A stretch of 64,000 nt of DNA from Treponema sp. (lineage in GTDB: Bacteria; Spirochaetota; Spirochaetia; Treponematales; Breznakiellaceae). Below the pieces are notes generated by a model. It searched no databases. It was not told the DNA's origin and saw only the letters and a list, made by a program, of their open reading frames with translations. The first letter of the stretch is position 1. Each line of letters opens with the position of its first letter. The translations under genes and the position numbers were made by a program. Shown one piece after another: positions 1 to 10,086 of this stretch. The stretch lies in NCBI GenBank assembly GCA_009780855.1, contig WQZG01000009.1, forward strand, positions 4,270 through 68,269, in the 5' to 3' direction.

Positions 1-464
1 TCATAAAATACATGGAAAAAATGGGACTCGCGGAGAACGGGATAGTCAGCGATATACTCCATTCGGTACCTTTGATTCTGGATTACCACGGCGAAGGCGA
101 TACAGTATCAAGAGTTATTTTATCCTGGAATGATGAAGGGTACGGGATATGCGGCGGCCTGATGCCGCAGGGCGCAAAATTCAATCTGGGTATCTGGGAT
201 AAACACGATGTACTTAAAACTACCGAGCGTACAATCGAAAAAATTATGCAAAGTGAGGCCGGTACATTTATACTGTATTCCTGCCTGGCCAGAAGTTATT
301 CCCTGGGCACGGAAATTCTGGCGGAGACCGAAAAAATAAACAGATTGATTGCCAAAAAGAAACCGTATATTTTTTCGTATTCGGGAGGCGAGATTTGCCC
401 GCTCAGGAACGAATCGGATTCCAACAGCTTCCAGAACAATACCATTATAGCGTGCGCGTTTTAA
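1..464 (+). CDS. FIST-domain sensor protein, C-terminal part (5' end probably outside the window)
   Basis: The frame is open from the window edge, with no stop upstream of the ATG at 12. The C-terminal 'YSGGEICPL...FQNNTIIACAF' resembles the typical FIST_C ending. It lies 6 nt upstream of a hybrid histidine kinase. Confidence 0.5.
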   Translation, partial: IKYMEKMGLAENGIVSDILHSVPLILDYHGEGDTVSRVILSWNDEGYGICGGLMPQGAKFNLGIWDKHDVLKTTERTIEKIMQSEAGTFILYSCLARSYSLGTEILAETEKINRLIAKKKPYIFSYSGGEICPLRNESDSNSFQNNTIIACAF

Positions 465-470
465 AAACAC

Positions 471-2291
471 ATGGAAAACCGGGAACAGGCCGAAGAAATT
501 TTAAGGCTTAAACTTGAAATAAGAAAACTCAGCCGCCAGCTTAATTTGTCAAATGACAATATGAGGAAATACAGGAGCGTTACCAGCGCAAAGCAAAACC
601 TAAGCGCGGTTATCGCCGCGGAAAAATCAAAACAGGAAAAACAGCTGCAGGTCATTCTGGATAATTCGCCCAATATGGTTATCCTGCTTGACGGCTCATT
701 TAATTTTATGCTTTCTACACAGAGCTTTCTGAATTTTACGGGGATGCCTGGTTTTGAATTTTTGCACAACAAAACTTTCAGACAGGTATTTTCCGTCCTT
801 GCCGGCAGCGCATGGATTGATCGCATGGAAGATATTTTTAAAAAAGCCATTGATACACAACAGACCCAGTTACTTGACGGCAGTTTCAATACCGGCACTC
901 CGGAAAAATTGCATATCTACTCGGTGAGCGTTGTCCCGTTTGTATACAGCGGCGAAAAGGCCGAAGGCATCCTTGTAAATTTCAACGATATTACCGAACA
1001 CATCGAAATGGAGAATTTGATTAAAGAATCTCTCGACAAAGCGACAGCCGCAAGCAAAGCCAAGGGCGATTTCCTGGCGAACATGAGCCACGAAATCCGT
1101 ACGCCGATGAACGCAATCATCGGAATGACCGATATCGGCAAATCCGCAAGCAGCGCGGAACAAAAAAATTACAGTTTACTGAAGATAAGCGACGCGTCAA
1201 AACACCTGCTTGGAATAATCAACGATATTCTGGATATGTCAAAAATCGAAGCCGGTAAATTTGGTCTATGCGAGACCGTTTTTGTCTTTGGCAAAATGCT
1301 GGAACGCGTCGCAAATGTCGTAAGTTACCGGGCAGAAGAAAAAAACCAAAAATTCGAAATTTGCGTTGACAGTAAAATTCCAAAAATATTGATCGGAGAC
1401 GATCAGCGCCTGACCCAGGTCATAACAAACCTAGCAGGCAACGCGATTAAGTTCACGCCAAAGGAAGGTTCGATTAAACTGGACGCGAATTTTTTGGAAG
1501 AAGAAAACGACGTCTGCACACTCAGGATTACGGTAACCGATACCGGAATCGGCATAAGCAAAGAACAGCAGCAAAAACTTTTCCAGTCCTTCCAGCAGGC
1601 AGAAAACCATACATCGCGGAAGTTCGGCGGAACAGGACTGGGGCTCGCTATTTCCAAAAGCATCGTAAACATGATGGACGGCGATATATGGGTACAGTCG
1701 GAACCGGGAAAAGGCTCTGTATTTGGTTTTACAGTCAAGCTAAAACGCGGCAGTGAGGATGAACTTTCCAGAGAACTCCGGGACACAGAAAACGGCGTTG
1801 AAATATCCGGCATTTTTACAGGGCGCCAAATTCTATTGGTAGAAGATATGGAAATTAACCGGGAAATACTGACAACGCTGCTGCAGCCGACAAACCTGGC
1901 AATTGACTGCGCAGTAAACGGCGCAGAGGCTGTAGAGATTTTCAGCAAAACTCCGGATAAATACGAACTTATTTTTATGGATCTGCAGATGCCGGAAATG
2001 GACGGTTTTGAAGCCACGCGCCGTATACGCGCCATTGAAGCCAATAATGCCGCGAGTTTCTTCGAAACAAAAAACGTGCTGGAGTTTGCGCAGCAAACTC
2101 CGCAATTATCGGAACGCCCTAAAGGCGTTCCGATAATTGCAATGACTGCAAATGTATTCAAAAAAGATATTGAACACTGCATAAAAGCCGGCATGGACGG
2201 CCATGTAGGGAAACCAATCGATATAAATGAAATTACCGGGATATTGCAAAAATTTTTGCTTAGGAGGATAATTGTAAAAAACGGAGGATAA
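471..2291 (+). CDS. Hybrid sensor histidine kinase/response regulator (coiled coil, PAS-like, HisKA, HATPase_c, REC)
   Basis: H-box 'SHEIRTPMNAIIGM'. N/G boxes 'NLAGNAIKFT', 'DTGIGI', 'GGTGLGLAISK'. Receiver 'LIFMDLQMPEMDGFEATRRIR ... KAGMDGHVGKP'. Confidence 0.9.
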   Translation: MENREQAEEILRLKLEIRKLSRQLNLSNDNMRKYRSVTSAKQNLSAVIAAEKSKQEKQLQVILDNSPNMVILLDGSFNFMLSTQSFLNFTGMPGFEFLHNKTFRQVFSVLAGSAWIDRMEDIFKKAIDTQQTQLLDGSFNTGTPEKLHIYSVSVVPFVYSGEKAEGILVNFNDITEHIEMENLIKESLDKATAASKAKGDFLANMSHEIRTPMNAIIGMTDIGKSASSAEQKNYSLLKISDASKHLLGIINDILDMSKIEAGKFGLCETVFVFGKMLERVANVVSYRAEEKNQKFEICVDSKIPKILIGDDQRLTQVITNLAGNAIKFTPKEGSIKLDANFLEEENDVCTLRITVTDTGIGISKEQQQKLFQSFQQAENHTSRKFGGTGLGLAISKSIVNMMDGDIWVQSEPGKGSVFGFTVKLKRGSEDELSRELRDTENGVEISGIFTGRQILLVEDMEINREILTTLLQPTNLAIDCAVNGAEAVEIFSKTPDKYELIFMDLQMPEMDGFEATRRIRAIEANNAASFFETKNVLEFAQQTPQLSERPKGVPIIAMTANVFKKDIEHCIKAGMDGHVGKPIDINEITGILQKFLLRRIIVKNGG

Positions 2292-2292
2292 A

Positions 2293-3372
2293 ATGGATAC
2301 ATTAAAAGTCGGCGTTGTAGGATTGGGTTATACTGTCGGAGTCGCAAAACGGCACATAGCGGCATACAAGGCTACAGAAGGTGTAAAGATCACTGCGCTC
2401 TACGATATTATTGACGGACGCGCGGCCGATTATGCGCAAAAGAGTTCTCTTGATCCTTCAGTGGTCTGCTCAAGTCTTGAACAATTGTTTGAAAGAGTGG
2501 ACGCTTTGAGTATCACGGTACCCAATTACATGCACGGAGACATCGTTAAAAAAGCTGTTGACCACAACAAGCATTTTATCTGCGAAAAACCAATGGCGCT
2601 TACCCACAAGGAAGCCCAGGATATATACAATTATGTCAAAAATCACAAAAACAAGGTCGTTTCGCTAATAGGGTTTAATTACCGCGATATTCCGGCGATG
2701 CGGTACGCCAAAAGCATTATCGACAGCGGCAAAATCGGCAAAGTTTACACCTGCGTCCAGCAGCTCGGCGGTTCCCGCATTGCCGATCCCCAGGGCGTAA
2801 TGCGCGAATGGCGGATGGATTTAAAGCAGTCGGGGACCGGTGCGCTTGCGGACTTTGGATGCCACATACTGGATCTATCGGATTTCCTTTTGTCCGGTAC
2901 AAACGGAAAAATCAAACAGGTTCAGGGTTTTAAAAATACTTTTATTAAGGAACGAAACCGCATAGGCGGAGGCGGCAGGGATCCTGTCACCAACGAAGAC
3001 TGCACGGTATTTAACGCAATAACAGAATCGGGAACACTGCTTTCTTTCCATACTTCAAGAATCGGAATGACCAATGAATCTTTGCAGATCATCGCCGAAG
3101 GCGGAATGCTGGTCTTTAACAGCGGGACAGAAGGCAAACTGGGAATACAGTTAAAAGACAAAAACGGCAGGTATACAGGCCCCATGGCTTTTGAAGACGT
3201 CCCCGCGGAATTCCAGGAAGGCAAAAACGGTAAAGGCCTTGTACTGGAACTGCTCAAATGCATCAGGGAAGGAGCCAAGCCGGAAAGGGATCTGGAACAG
3301 GGAGTCTATATCCAGTACCTGCTGGACAAGATCAACGAGTCCATGGAAAAAGGCACTACGCTGACCATTTAA
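2293..3372 (+). CDS. Gfo/Idh/MocA family NAD(P)-dependent oxidoreductase
   Basis: N-terminal Rossmann 'LKVGVVGLGYTVG', then 'EKPMALT' and a C-terminal alpha/beta domain. GGAGGA RBS. Starts 1 nt after the kinase stop. Confidence 0.85.
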   Translation: MDTLKVGVVGLGYTVGVAKRHIAAYKATEGVKITALYDIIDGRAADYAQKSSLDPSVVCSSLEQLFERVDALSITVPNYMHGDIVKKAVDHNKHFICEKPMALTHKEAQDIYNYVKNHKNKVVSLIGFNYRDIPAMRYAKSIIDSGKIGKVYTCVQQLGGSRIADPQGVMREWRMDLKQSGTGALADFGCHILDLSDFLLSGTNGKIKQVQGFKNTFIKERNRIGGGGRDPVTNEDCTVFNAITESGTLLSFHTSRIGMTNESLQIIAEGGMLVFNSGTEGKLGIQLKDKNGRYTGPMAFEDVPAEFQEGKNGKGLVLELLKCIREGAKPERDLEQGVYIQYLLDKINESMEKGTTLTI

Positions 3373-3437
3373 TACATAACAAAAAATTTAGTGCATACAA
3401 AAGAATCTGTAAAAATGAAAAAATGTGGAGGCAGTAA

Positions 3438-4343
3438 ATGAAGATAGGTTTTCTTTCAAATTGTTTCGCAAAGTCTGATATATCAGATTTGATTTCCATG
3501 GCGGACTGGGCTGCGGAAAACGGATTCGGCGCACTCGAAATTGGCCCGTCGATCCCGCTGGACGAAAAAAAATTCGATCAGGTCCTGTCAAAAGGCAAGA
3601 TCACGTTCAGCGCGTTTATTTACTGCCGTAATTTTCTTTCCTCAAATGCAGAAGAAGCTGCAACCCACAAAAACGCCCTGCTTGACAGGATACGATTCGC
3701 AAAAAAGGCGGGCATTAAAAACATTATATGTTCAACAGGCGTAAAGGAAAGCAGCTTTTCAACCTCCAACCCGACTCAGTTTATACCCGAGGCCAGCCTG
3801 GATGACATGGCAGAGCTTTTTAAAATGTTTATTGAAGAAGCCGAAAAGAACGATGTAAGGCTGGCTTTTGAACTCTGCCCGTCCATGAGCAATATAGCTT
3901 TTTCGCCGCACATGTGGGACCAAATTTTTGACAGGGTAAAATCAGACAGACTCGGCCTCTGCTTTGACCCGTCCCATCTTGTCTGGATGTTTATCGATTC
4001 CTATAAAGTGCTTTCAGAATACAGAAACAAAATTTTCCATGTACACGGTAAAGACACCGAAGTCAATTATGACGCTTTGGGAAGATCAGGCATCCTCCAG
4101 ATAGTAACTCAGGAAAAAACCAGCCTCAACCTGCCCCACGGCAACAACAAACACCTGTGGTGGCGGCACCGGCTTCCGGGCCTGGGACAGCTTGATTGGG
4201 GTAAAATAATTTCGCAGCTTTACGAGTACGACTACAGCGGAGTTATTAGCATAGAGCACGAAGACCCGGTATGGAGCGGCAGCCCGGAAAAAATAAAAGC
4301 CGGCCTTTTGCGGTCAAAAAAATACCTGGAGCAGTATTTATAG
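3438..4343 (+). CDS. Sugar phosphate isomerase/epimerase (xylose isomerase-like TIM barrel)
   Basis: 'GFGALEI', 'LAFELCP', 'FDPSHL', 'HVHGKD', 'ISIEHED' pattern of the AP_endonuc_2/XylA-like TIM barrel family. GGAGG RBS. Confidence 0.8.
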   Translation: MKIGFLSNCFAKSDISDLISMADWAAENGFGALEIGPSIPLDEKKFDQVLSKGKITFSAFIYCRNFLSSNAEEAATHKNALLDRIRFAKKAGIKNIICSTGVKESSFSTSNPTQFIPEASLDDMAELFKMFIEEAEKNDVRLAFELCPSMSNIAFSPHMWDQIFDRVKSDRLGLCFDPSHLVWMFIDSYKVLSEYRNKIFHVHGKDTEVNYDALGRSGILQIVTQEKTSLNLPHGNNKHLWWRHRLPGLGQLDWGKIISQLYEYDYSGVISIEHEDPVWSGSPEKIKAGLLRSKKYLEQYL

Positions 4344-4465
4344 GAATTAACCACTGAATACCGGCAGTTTATAACGCCAAGCCGGTGTTCTTAAGTTAGA
4401 CCGCGGTCGATTTATTCCAACCGGCCGCGGGGTATTACTCCATGCCGCGGCACTCACTTAACTTA

Positions 4466-5248
4466 TCAATACCCTATTTTCTTTAAATACTCCCGAGCTC
4501 TGGTGTACCGGCTGTAGTCTTTTTCGCCGGTCTCGTACTCTACCACGATCCAGCCGTCAGCCCCGATTGTTTCCTTTGCCAGCTTAATTACTTTTGGCAA
4601 ATCGGTTACGCCATTGCCAAGGTCGGCAAATTCTTTGCCGCCAGTTTTAACCAGATCGCGCAGATGAACGTATTGCACGCGGCCTTTGGCTTCCTTTAAG
4701 ACTGTCTCAATATTACCGCCGCCGGCTTCCACCCAGCCAAGGTCAAAACCAAAATTCATGTTGGGAATTTTTTCCAGCAGCGTCCGGTAAATGGCGCCGC
4801 CATTTTCAAACTCACGGGCATGGTTGTGGTAATTAATCGATACGCCTTTGGACTTAATCATACCAGCAACTTCGTTAAAATTCAGGACGGCCTTTTCCAG
4901 ATTGGCTTTATCCTGGAGGCCTTCAAAATTGCCTGACATTACGATGTTTTTATAAGGCATAATTGAAGCCGGCACCTGTAAAAGTTTATCCGAAATTTTT
5001 AAAAGCAAATCACCGGCAGGTTCAGGCCCTCCAAGAAAATCGGCGAATTTGGTTCCGGCATGGAACCCGGAAAACAAAAGCCCCTGTTTTTTAATCTCGT
5101 CCAATACCCGGGGAAGATCATCGCCTATAAACCTGAACCCGCATTCAATACCGGCAAATCCTGTTTTCGCAAGATTTTCCAGCACAGCCGCAGTATCTGT
5201 TTTGATTTTTTCGCCGAACAATACGGCATGGCATCCAAAGTACAGCAT
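4466..5248 (-). CDS. Sugar phosphate isomerase/epimerase (xylose isomerase-like TIM barrel)
   Basis: 'GFAGIE', 'INYHNH', 'FDLGW', 'YVHLRD', 'VVEYE' metal-ligand-type motifs. AGGAG RBS. Confidence 0.8.
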   Translation of the reverse strand: MLYFGCHAVLFGEKIKTDTAAVLENLAKTGFAGIECGFRFIGDDLPRVLDEIKKQGLLFSGFHAGTKFADFLGGPEPAGDLLLKISDKLLQVPASIMPYKNIVMSGNFEGLQDKANLEKAVLNFNEVAGMIKSKGVSINYHNHAREFENGGAIYRTLLEKIPNMNFGFDLGWVEAGGGNIETVLKEAKGRVQYVHLRDLVKTGGKEFADLGNGVTDLPKVIKLAKETIGADGWIVVEYETGEKDYSRYTRAREYLKKIGY

Positions 5249-5265
5249 ATTAACTCCTGTATAAC

Positions 5266-6999
5266 CTATTTGGCGTTCTTTAATCTTGCATAAGCGGCCT
5301 GATCCATTGCAAGCAGCTGATCAGAGCCCATTGTCTTGAGATTCTTTACATAGGTATCCCAATCTTTGTCAACATCAAGCTGTCCGGTTGCAAACTGCGC
5401 CAGGCACTGGTTAACATAATTTTTAATGTTGGTTCTGGTCTCTGCATACTGCTCATTTTCCGCGGTGGTAAATATAAGCCCGACAGGATATTCCGCGGGT
5501 TTAAACGGAAGCATACCCAATATGGCCTGCCCGTGCAGATACTCGGGATCTGCCGGATCACCGCTCCAGGCCAGACCGGATTTACGGTTAAGGTAATCAA
5601 TACCAAACTCGCTCTTCCAGTGTGCACTTGTAACCGCGTTGCCCCAGGTCATAATTAACTGGACAACATAGGGAACAATGCCGGATTGCGCGCCGTACAG
5701 TCCTAACTCACCCGGTTGGGCAACACGCCAATCCCTGTCTTTTACACCGTAACGGCAGTAAAGCGGGAAGTCCGGATCGGAGGCAAAAGAATCCATAAAA
5801 CGGAAAGCTGCTTCCGGATACTGGCAATTGGAAGAAATTACCCAGTTAAAATTGGGTGTCTGTTCGAAATATGTCGTGGTAACAAATCCATTTGGGCCCT
5901 GTACAATGGGAATGGGTTTATAGGCCAGACGCGCGTCAGCATCGTAAATACCGATACCGCCGGAAACCGTAACTCCGACTTTATAGGGTTTGGCGTTTAC
6001 GGTAGCTGCCAGGGTAACTGCATTCTGTGTAATTGCGGTTTCGTCAAACAATTTGTCCTTGTACATCCTGTTAAGGAAACGCATAGCTTCTTTATACTCA
6101 GGTGTATCAAAAACATAATAAAGCTGACCGTTCTTGACAGCCCAGAAGTTATCGGTAGATGCGTAATCGCTGTATACATACTGGTTGAGAATCCATCTGA
6201 GCATTTGCTGTCTCCAGCCGACGCCTCCGGTTATCGGGATCTCGTCATTCTTGTCGCCGTTGCCGTTGAGATCATTATCCCGCACTCCCAGCAGATATTT
6301 ATAGAACCAATCCTGGGTAGGCACCTTGCCCTTGCCGCCGCCGCCTGTCCAGTCATCGGAGCTCATTCCCAGTTTCTTTGCGAAGTCTTCGTTATACCAG
6401 GCCCTTGCTGCCCAGGAGTTCGCATAAACTGTTTCATAATACATATATCCCCAGATATTGCCGTCTTCATCCTTGCCGTACATCCACGGATCAACTCCGG
6501 ATTTGGCAAGTATGGTCTGCTCCACAGCCTTGTTGGTAAAATAGCCGAGGTTCGTAATGTAATCATTGAGCGGTACCAATGCACCGGCTTTACCGTATGC
6601 TTCGCGTTTTGTCTTGTCGGCAAGTCCGAGCAGATAAAGCATATCGGGTAGTTTATCGCCGGCGGCAACCTGCAATCCCAGTTTGGTTTCGCCGTCTGTG
6701 CCCGAATCATACAGAACAAAATCCAGGTTAACACCTGTCAGTTTTTCAAGATAATTTGTCAGATCGTTGTTGTTATAATCTGATACCTGAATATTCACCG
6801 GCATACCTACACTCAATGTAATCTGATTTTTTACAATGGGCAGGGTTCCGGGAGGGGTCAGGTTTTGGTCTTTAATTTGGTAGGCACTGGATGATACGTT
6901 TGCTGCAGTTGTCTGGCTGGTATTTTTACTGCAGCCAGAAAAAGCAATGAAAAAAACTAATGCCGCTGCAAAAATGCTAAAAAATTTCCTTACGTTCAA
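5266..6999 (-). CDS. ABC transporter extracellular solute-binding lipoprotein (large LplA-like CUT1 type)
   Basis: Signal peptide with lipobox 'AFSGC'. About 577 aa, the size typical of LplA-like SBPs. Followed by two CUT1 permeases. TTG start with GGAGGA RBS. Confidence 0.85.
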   Translation of the reverse strand: MNVRKFFSIFAAALVFFIAFSGCSKNTSQTTAANVSSSAYQIKDQNLTPPGTLPIVKNQITLSVGMPVNIQVSDYNNNDLTNYLEKLTGVNLDFVLYDSGTDGETKLGLQVAAGDKLPDMLYLLGLADKTKREAYGKAGALVPLNDYITNLGYFTNKAVEQTILAKSGVDPWMYGKDEDGNIWGYMYYETVYANSWAARAWYNEDFAKKLGMSSDDWTGGGGKGKVPTQDWFYKYLLGVRDNDLNGNGDKNDEIPITGGVGWRQQMLRWILNQYVYSDYASTDNFWAVKNGQLYYVFDTPEYKEAMRFLNRMYKDKLFDETAITQNAVTLAATVNAKPYKVGVTVSGGIGIYDADARLAYKPIPIVQGPNGFVTTTYFEQTPNFNWVISSNCQYPEAAFRFMDSFASDPDFPLYCRYGVKDRDWRVAQPGELGLYGAQSGIVPYVVQLIMTWGNAVTSAHWKSEFGIDYLNRKSGLAWSGDPADPEYLHGQAILGMLPFKPAEYPVGLIFTTAENEQYAETRTNIKNYVNQCLAQFATGQLDVDKDWDTYVKNLKTMGSDQLLAMDQAAYARLKNAK

Positions 7000-7066
7000 A
7001 ATGATCCTCCATAAAAAATTTAATTGTGAAAACTCACAAATTTAACACTTGTTTTTTACTTTCGAT

Positions 7067-7966
7067 TCAACCCTTAATCGAACCGATCATAACGCCTTTG
7101 GCAAAATACTTCTGGATAAACGGATACAAAACAATAACCGGCAGCGAACCTATTACAATGAGCGCGTATTTTAATAGCTCAGCCATGCCCTGCATTGCCT
7201 CTATCATCTGGGGATCTGAAAAATCATTTACGCTGATCGTATTGGCCACAAGGATTTGCCGCAAAAAAAGCTGCAGGGGGTAAAGGGCCCTGTCATTGAG
7301 ATACAAAAGGGCAGGGAAATATGAATTCCAATTTTCAACGCCATAATATAAAACAAGAACCGCCATGACCGCTTTTGACAACGGCAAAACTATCTGGAAA
7401 AAATACCTGGTATTGCTGCAGCCGTCAATCTGCGCAGCCTCCAGAAGTTCGCCGGGAATGCTGCTGGAAATAAATGTCCTTGCCACTATCATGTTATAAA
7501 CAGAAATAAGCCCCGGAATAATAAGAACAAGCCTTGTATTAAGCAGATGGAGCTGCCTCATCAGCAAAAAATTGGGGATCATTCCGCCGCCAAAGAACAT
7601 GGTAAATGTAAACAGGAACATAAAGAAATTTTTAAACGGCAGATTCTTTCTGGCAAAAGGATAAGCGGCTACCATTGTAAAAAATACGCTCAGGGCAGTG
7701 GCGGATGTAGTGTATATAATTGAATTGATATAACCGGTGCCGATAAATTTATAACTGAATACAAGTTTATACCCGTCAAAGGACAGCTCAACCGGCCACA
7801 AATATACCCGGCCGTTTAAAATGGCATGGGTGCTGCTGAAGGAACTGGACAAAACATAGACAAGCGGATACAGGACCACGATCAGGACAAGCGATAAAAT
7901 TAAATTGGTCACTATATAGTAGATCCTGTCATCAATTGAATATTTAACTTTTTTACCGACTGCCAA
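7067..7966 (-). CDS. Carbohydrate ABC transporter permease (MalG/LplC-like)
   Basis: Six-TM profile and EAA loop 'EAAQIDGCSNTRYFFQIVLP'. Confidence 0.9.
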   Translation of the reverse strand: MAVGKKVKYSIDDRIYYIVTNLILSLVLIVVLYPLVYVLSSSFSSTHAILNGRVYLWPVELSFDGYKLVFSYKFIGTGYINSIIYTTSATALSVFFTMVAAYPFARKNLPFKNFFMFLFTFTMFFGGGMIPNFLLMRQLHLLNTRLVLIIPGLISVYNMIVARTFISSSIPGELLEAAQIDGCSNTRYFFQIVLPLSKAVMAVLVLYYGVENWNSYFPALLYLNDRALYPLQLFLRQILVANTISVNDFSDPQMIEAMQGMAELLKYALIVIGSLPVIVLYPFIQKYFAKGVMIGSIKG

Positions 7967-8026
7967 AAGAAGCCACCTCTCTAACCACAGGTTAGTTTAC
8001 TAAAGGTTAGTTTACCAAAGGTAAAT

Positions 8027-8986
8027 TTACCACAGGCTCGTATCGTTGATTTTTCTGGAAATTTGATTTACCAAAACCAGCAGGATCAGGTTAATGACAG
8101 AATCAAACAATCCTATCGCCGCGGCGTACGAATAATTTCCGGTACCGCTCTGGAGTCCTACCTGGTACACATAAGTGGAAATTATCTGTGAAGTTTGCCT
8201 GTTCAGATCGTTCTGCATCAGGAACGCTTTTTCGTAACTGACTCCCATAATGCTCCCGCACCGCAGAATCAGCAAAATAACAACGGTCGGCAATATGGCC
8301 GGCAAATCCACATGCAGCACCCGCCTGAACCGGCTTGCGCCGTCTATCATGGCGGCTTCATGCAGCTCCGGATCAACGGCCGATAAAGCGGCAAGGAAAA
8401 TGATGGAATTATAGCCTACATTCTGCCAGGCGCCGGACCAAACAAAAATATGGGGAAACAATTTAGCGCTGCTAAGTACATCCCTTGGGTAAGTTCCGGT
8501 AACAAGTTTATAAAGAATACCGTACATGCCTATGCGGGGATTTAAAAGGGTATACATCATGCCCACAAGAACAACAACAGAAATAAAATGCGGCAGATAT
8601 GTTACCATCTGGATAAATTTTTTATAATGGGCATTCCGCATTGAATTAAGCGCAAGGGCCAGTATTATGGGAATAGGGAAAACGGCAAAAAGGCTGTATA
8701 ATGACAATGTAAGGGTATTTCTTAAAAGTTGCCAGAATACAGGGGAAGTAAAAAATTTTTTAAACTGATCCAGGCCGACCCAGGCGCTGCCCCAGATGCC
8801 TTTGGCAAAAGTAAACTGCTTAAAGGCAATCTGCACCCCATACATCGGGATATATCTAAAAATTATTATATAGGCTACAGGTATAATAAGGAAAATGTAC
8901 AATTCCCAATTGGCCAGCGTATTCTTTTTGGTTCTTATAAACCTTAGCCTGCGTTCTTCATTTTTATTTATTAAACCAGGATCCAC
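8027..8986 (-). CDS. Carbohydrate ABC transporter permease (MalF/LplB-like)
   Basis: EAA loop 'EAAMIDGASRFRRVLHVDLP' and multi-TM profile. Confidence 0.9.
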   Translation of the reverse strand: MDPGLINKNEERRLRFIRTKKNTLANWELYIFLIIPVAYIIIFRYIPMYGVQIAFKQFTFAKGIWGSAWVGLDQFKKFFTSPVFWQLLRNTLTLSLYSLFAVFPIPIILALALNSMRNAHYKKFIQMVTYLPHFISVVVLVGMMYTLLNPRIGMYGILYKLVTGTYPRDVLSSAKLFPHIFVWSGAWQNVGYNSIIFLAALSAVDPELHEAAMIDGASRFRRVLHVDLPAILPTVVILLILRCGSIMGVSYEKAFLMQNDLNRQTSQIISTYVYQVGLQSGTGNYSYAAAIGLFDSVINLILLVLVNQISRKINDTSLW

Positions 8987-9063
8987 AAGTTCTCTCCAAG
9001 ATTACAATCATTATAGATTAATATTATTGTACTGTCAAATAAAACTTTTATCAAATAATAATA

Positions 9064-10080
9064 TTAATCTTCCTGTAAAAAAATCTTTTTATTCTGCCGT
9101 GAAGATTCATAGACCCCAAGCACAACAGCCAGGGTTTTTTTCGCTTCTTCCGGCGGAACCGGATACGGCTCTCCGTTCAGATGCGCGCGGTAACAGTCCT
9201 TAATCTGCAAAAAATGCGTGTGATCCCAGTAGCTTTCTCCGTACATGCCCGCTTTTTCCGGCGCGATAATTTGAGTTCCGTCTTTGGTTGTAATAACCGC
9301 TGTCTCGCCGTCAAAATGGGCGGAGCCGTTTTCTCCGGTAATATCAATGCTGATCGGCGCGTTAACATCGTTGTAATTATTGGCAGAAAGTGAATAAACA
9401 ACGCCGTTCTGGAATTCGACAGTAGCCTGGGCCCAGTCCTCAACTTCAAGTTTTGTAAGAACTTTGGTCCCAATACGGCCGTCAATTGACTTTACAGGAG
9501 ATCCTGCCAGATAACGGACCAAATCAATGGAATGTATGGCCTGATCAATTAACACGCCGCCGCCTTCTTTTTCCCAGCTTCCCTTCCAGTCACATTCGTA
9601 GTAAGAAGGCGGCCTGTGCCAATTTAACGTTGATACAGCGTTTACAAGCCTGCCAAGCCTGCCTTCCAGAATTGCTTTTTTAAGTTCAACAATGCCCTTG
9701 ATATAACGATTCTGAAAAATAATGCCAAGTTTGCTGCCGGTATTTTTTGCGGTATCTATCATTGCCTGGGCATCCGCCAGATTTATGGCGATGGGTTTTT
9801 CGCACAGTACGTTTATTCCGTGTTCCAGACAGGCAATTACCTGTTCCTTGTGCAAAAAGTGGGGAGTGCAGATGTGTACTATATCCGGCTTTGCATCCAG
9901 CATATCTTCCAGTTTATCTGAATACGAAGCGCCAAACTCCGACGCAAACTCCCCGGCTCTGGATAAATCCCTGTCAACCGCAAAGGCCGGCGCGGCCATA
10001 TCAGCCAGTTCCTTAAATACATTTTTATAAACCGCTGAAATCCGTCCGCATCCGACAATTCCGGTTTTTATTTTAGCCAT
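9064..10080 (-). CDS. Gfo/Idh/MocA family oxidoreductase
   Basis: 'IKTGIVGCGRIS', 'CEKPIAINL' and the C-terminal oxidoreductase domain. Confidence 0.85.
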   Translation of the reverse strand: MAKIKTGIVGCGRISAVYKNVFKELADMAAPAFAVDRDLSRAGEFASEFGASYSDKLEDMLDAKPDIVHICTPHFLHKEQVIACLEHGINVLCEKPIAINLADAQAMIDTAKNTGSKLGIIFQNRYIKGIVELKKAILEGRLGRLVNAVSTLNWHRPPSYYECDWKGSWEKEGGGVLIDQAIHSIDLVRYLAGSPVKSIDGRIGTKVLTKLEVEDWAQATVEFQNGVVYSLSANNYNDVNAPISIDITGENGSAHFDGETAVITTKDGTQIIAPEKAGMYGESYWDHTHFLQIKDCYRAHLNGEPYPVPPEEAKKTLAVVLGVYESSRQNKKIFLQED

Positions 10081-10086
10081 GTTTTT

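Noticed and set aside
1403-2365. 320-aa minus-strand ORF.
   Set aside because: It is antisense to the histidine kinase catalytic and receiver domains. It is a Ser-rich shadow ORF.
4355-4445. Hairpins between convergent genes ('ACCGGC-N15-GCCGGT'; 'GCCGCGG-N14-CCGCGGC') as rho-independent terminators.
   Set aside because: The stems are real, but the loops are long and neither is followed by a T-tract on either strand. I did not call them as terminators.
5716-6651. 311-aa plus-strand ORF.
   Set aside because: It is entirely antisense to a well-supported SBP gene. Its composition is Cys/Ile/Phe-rich and it has no motif. The same reasoning applies to 11338-12063 (+) and 13347-13580 (+) opposite the other SBP genes.
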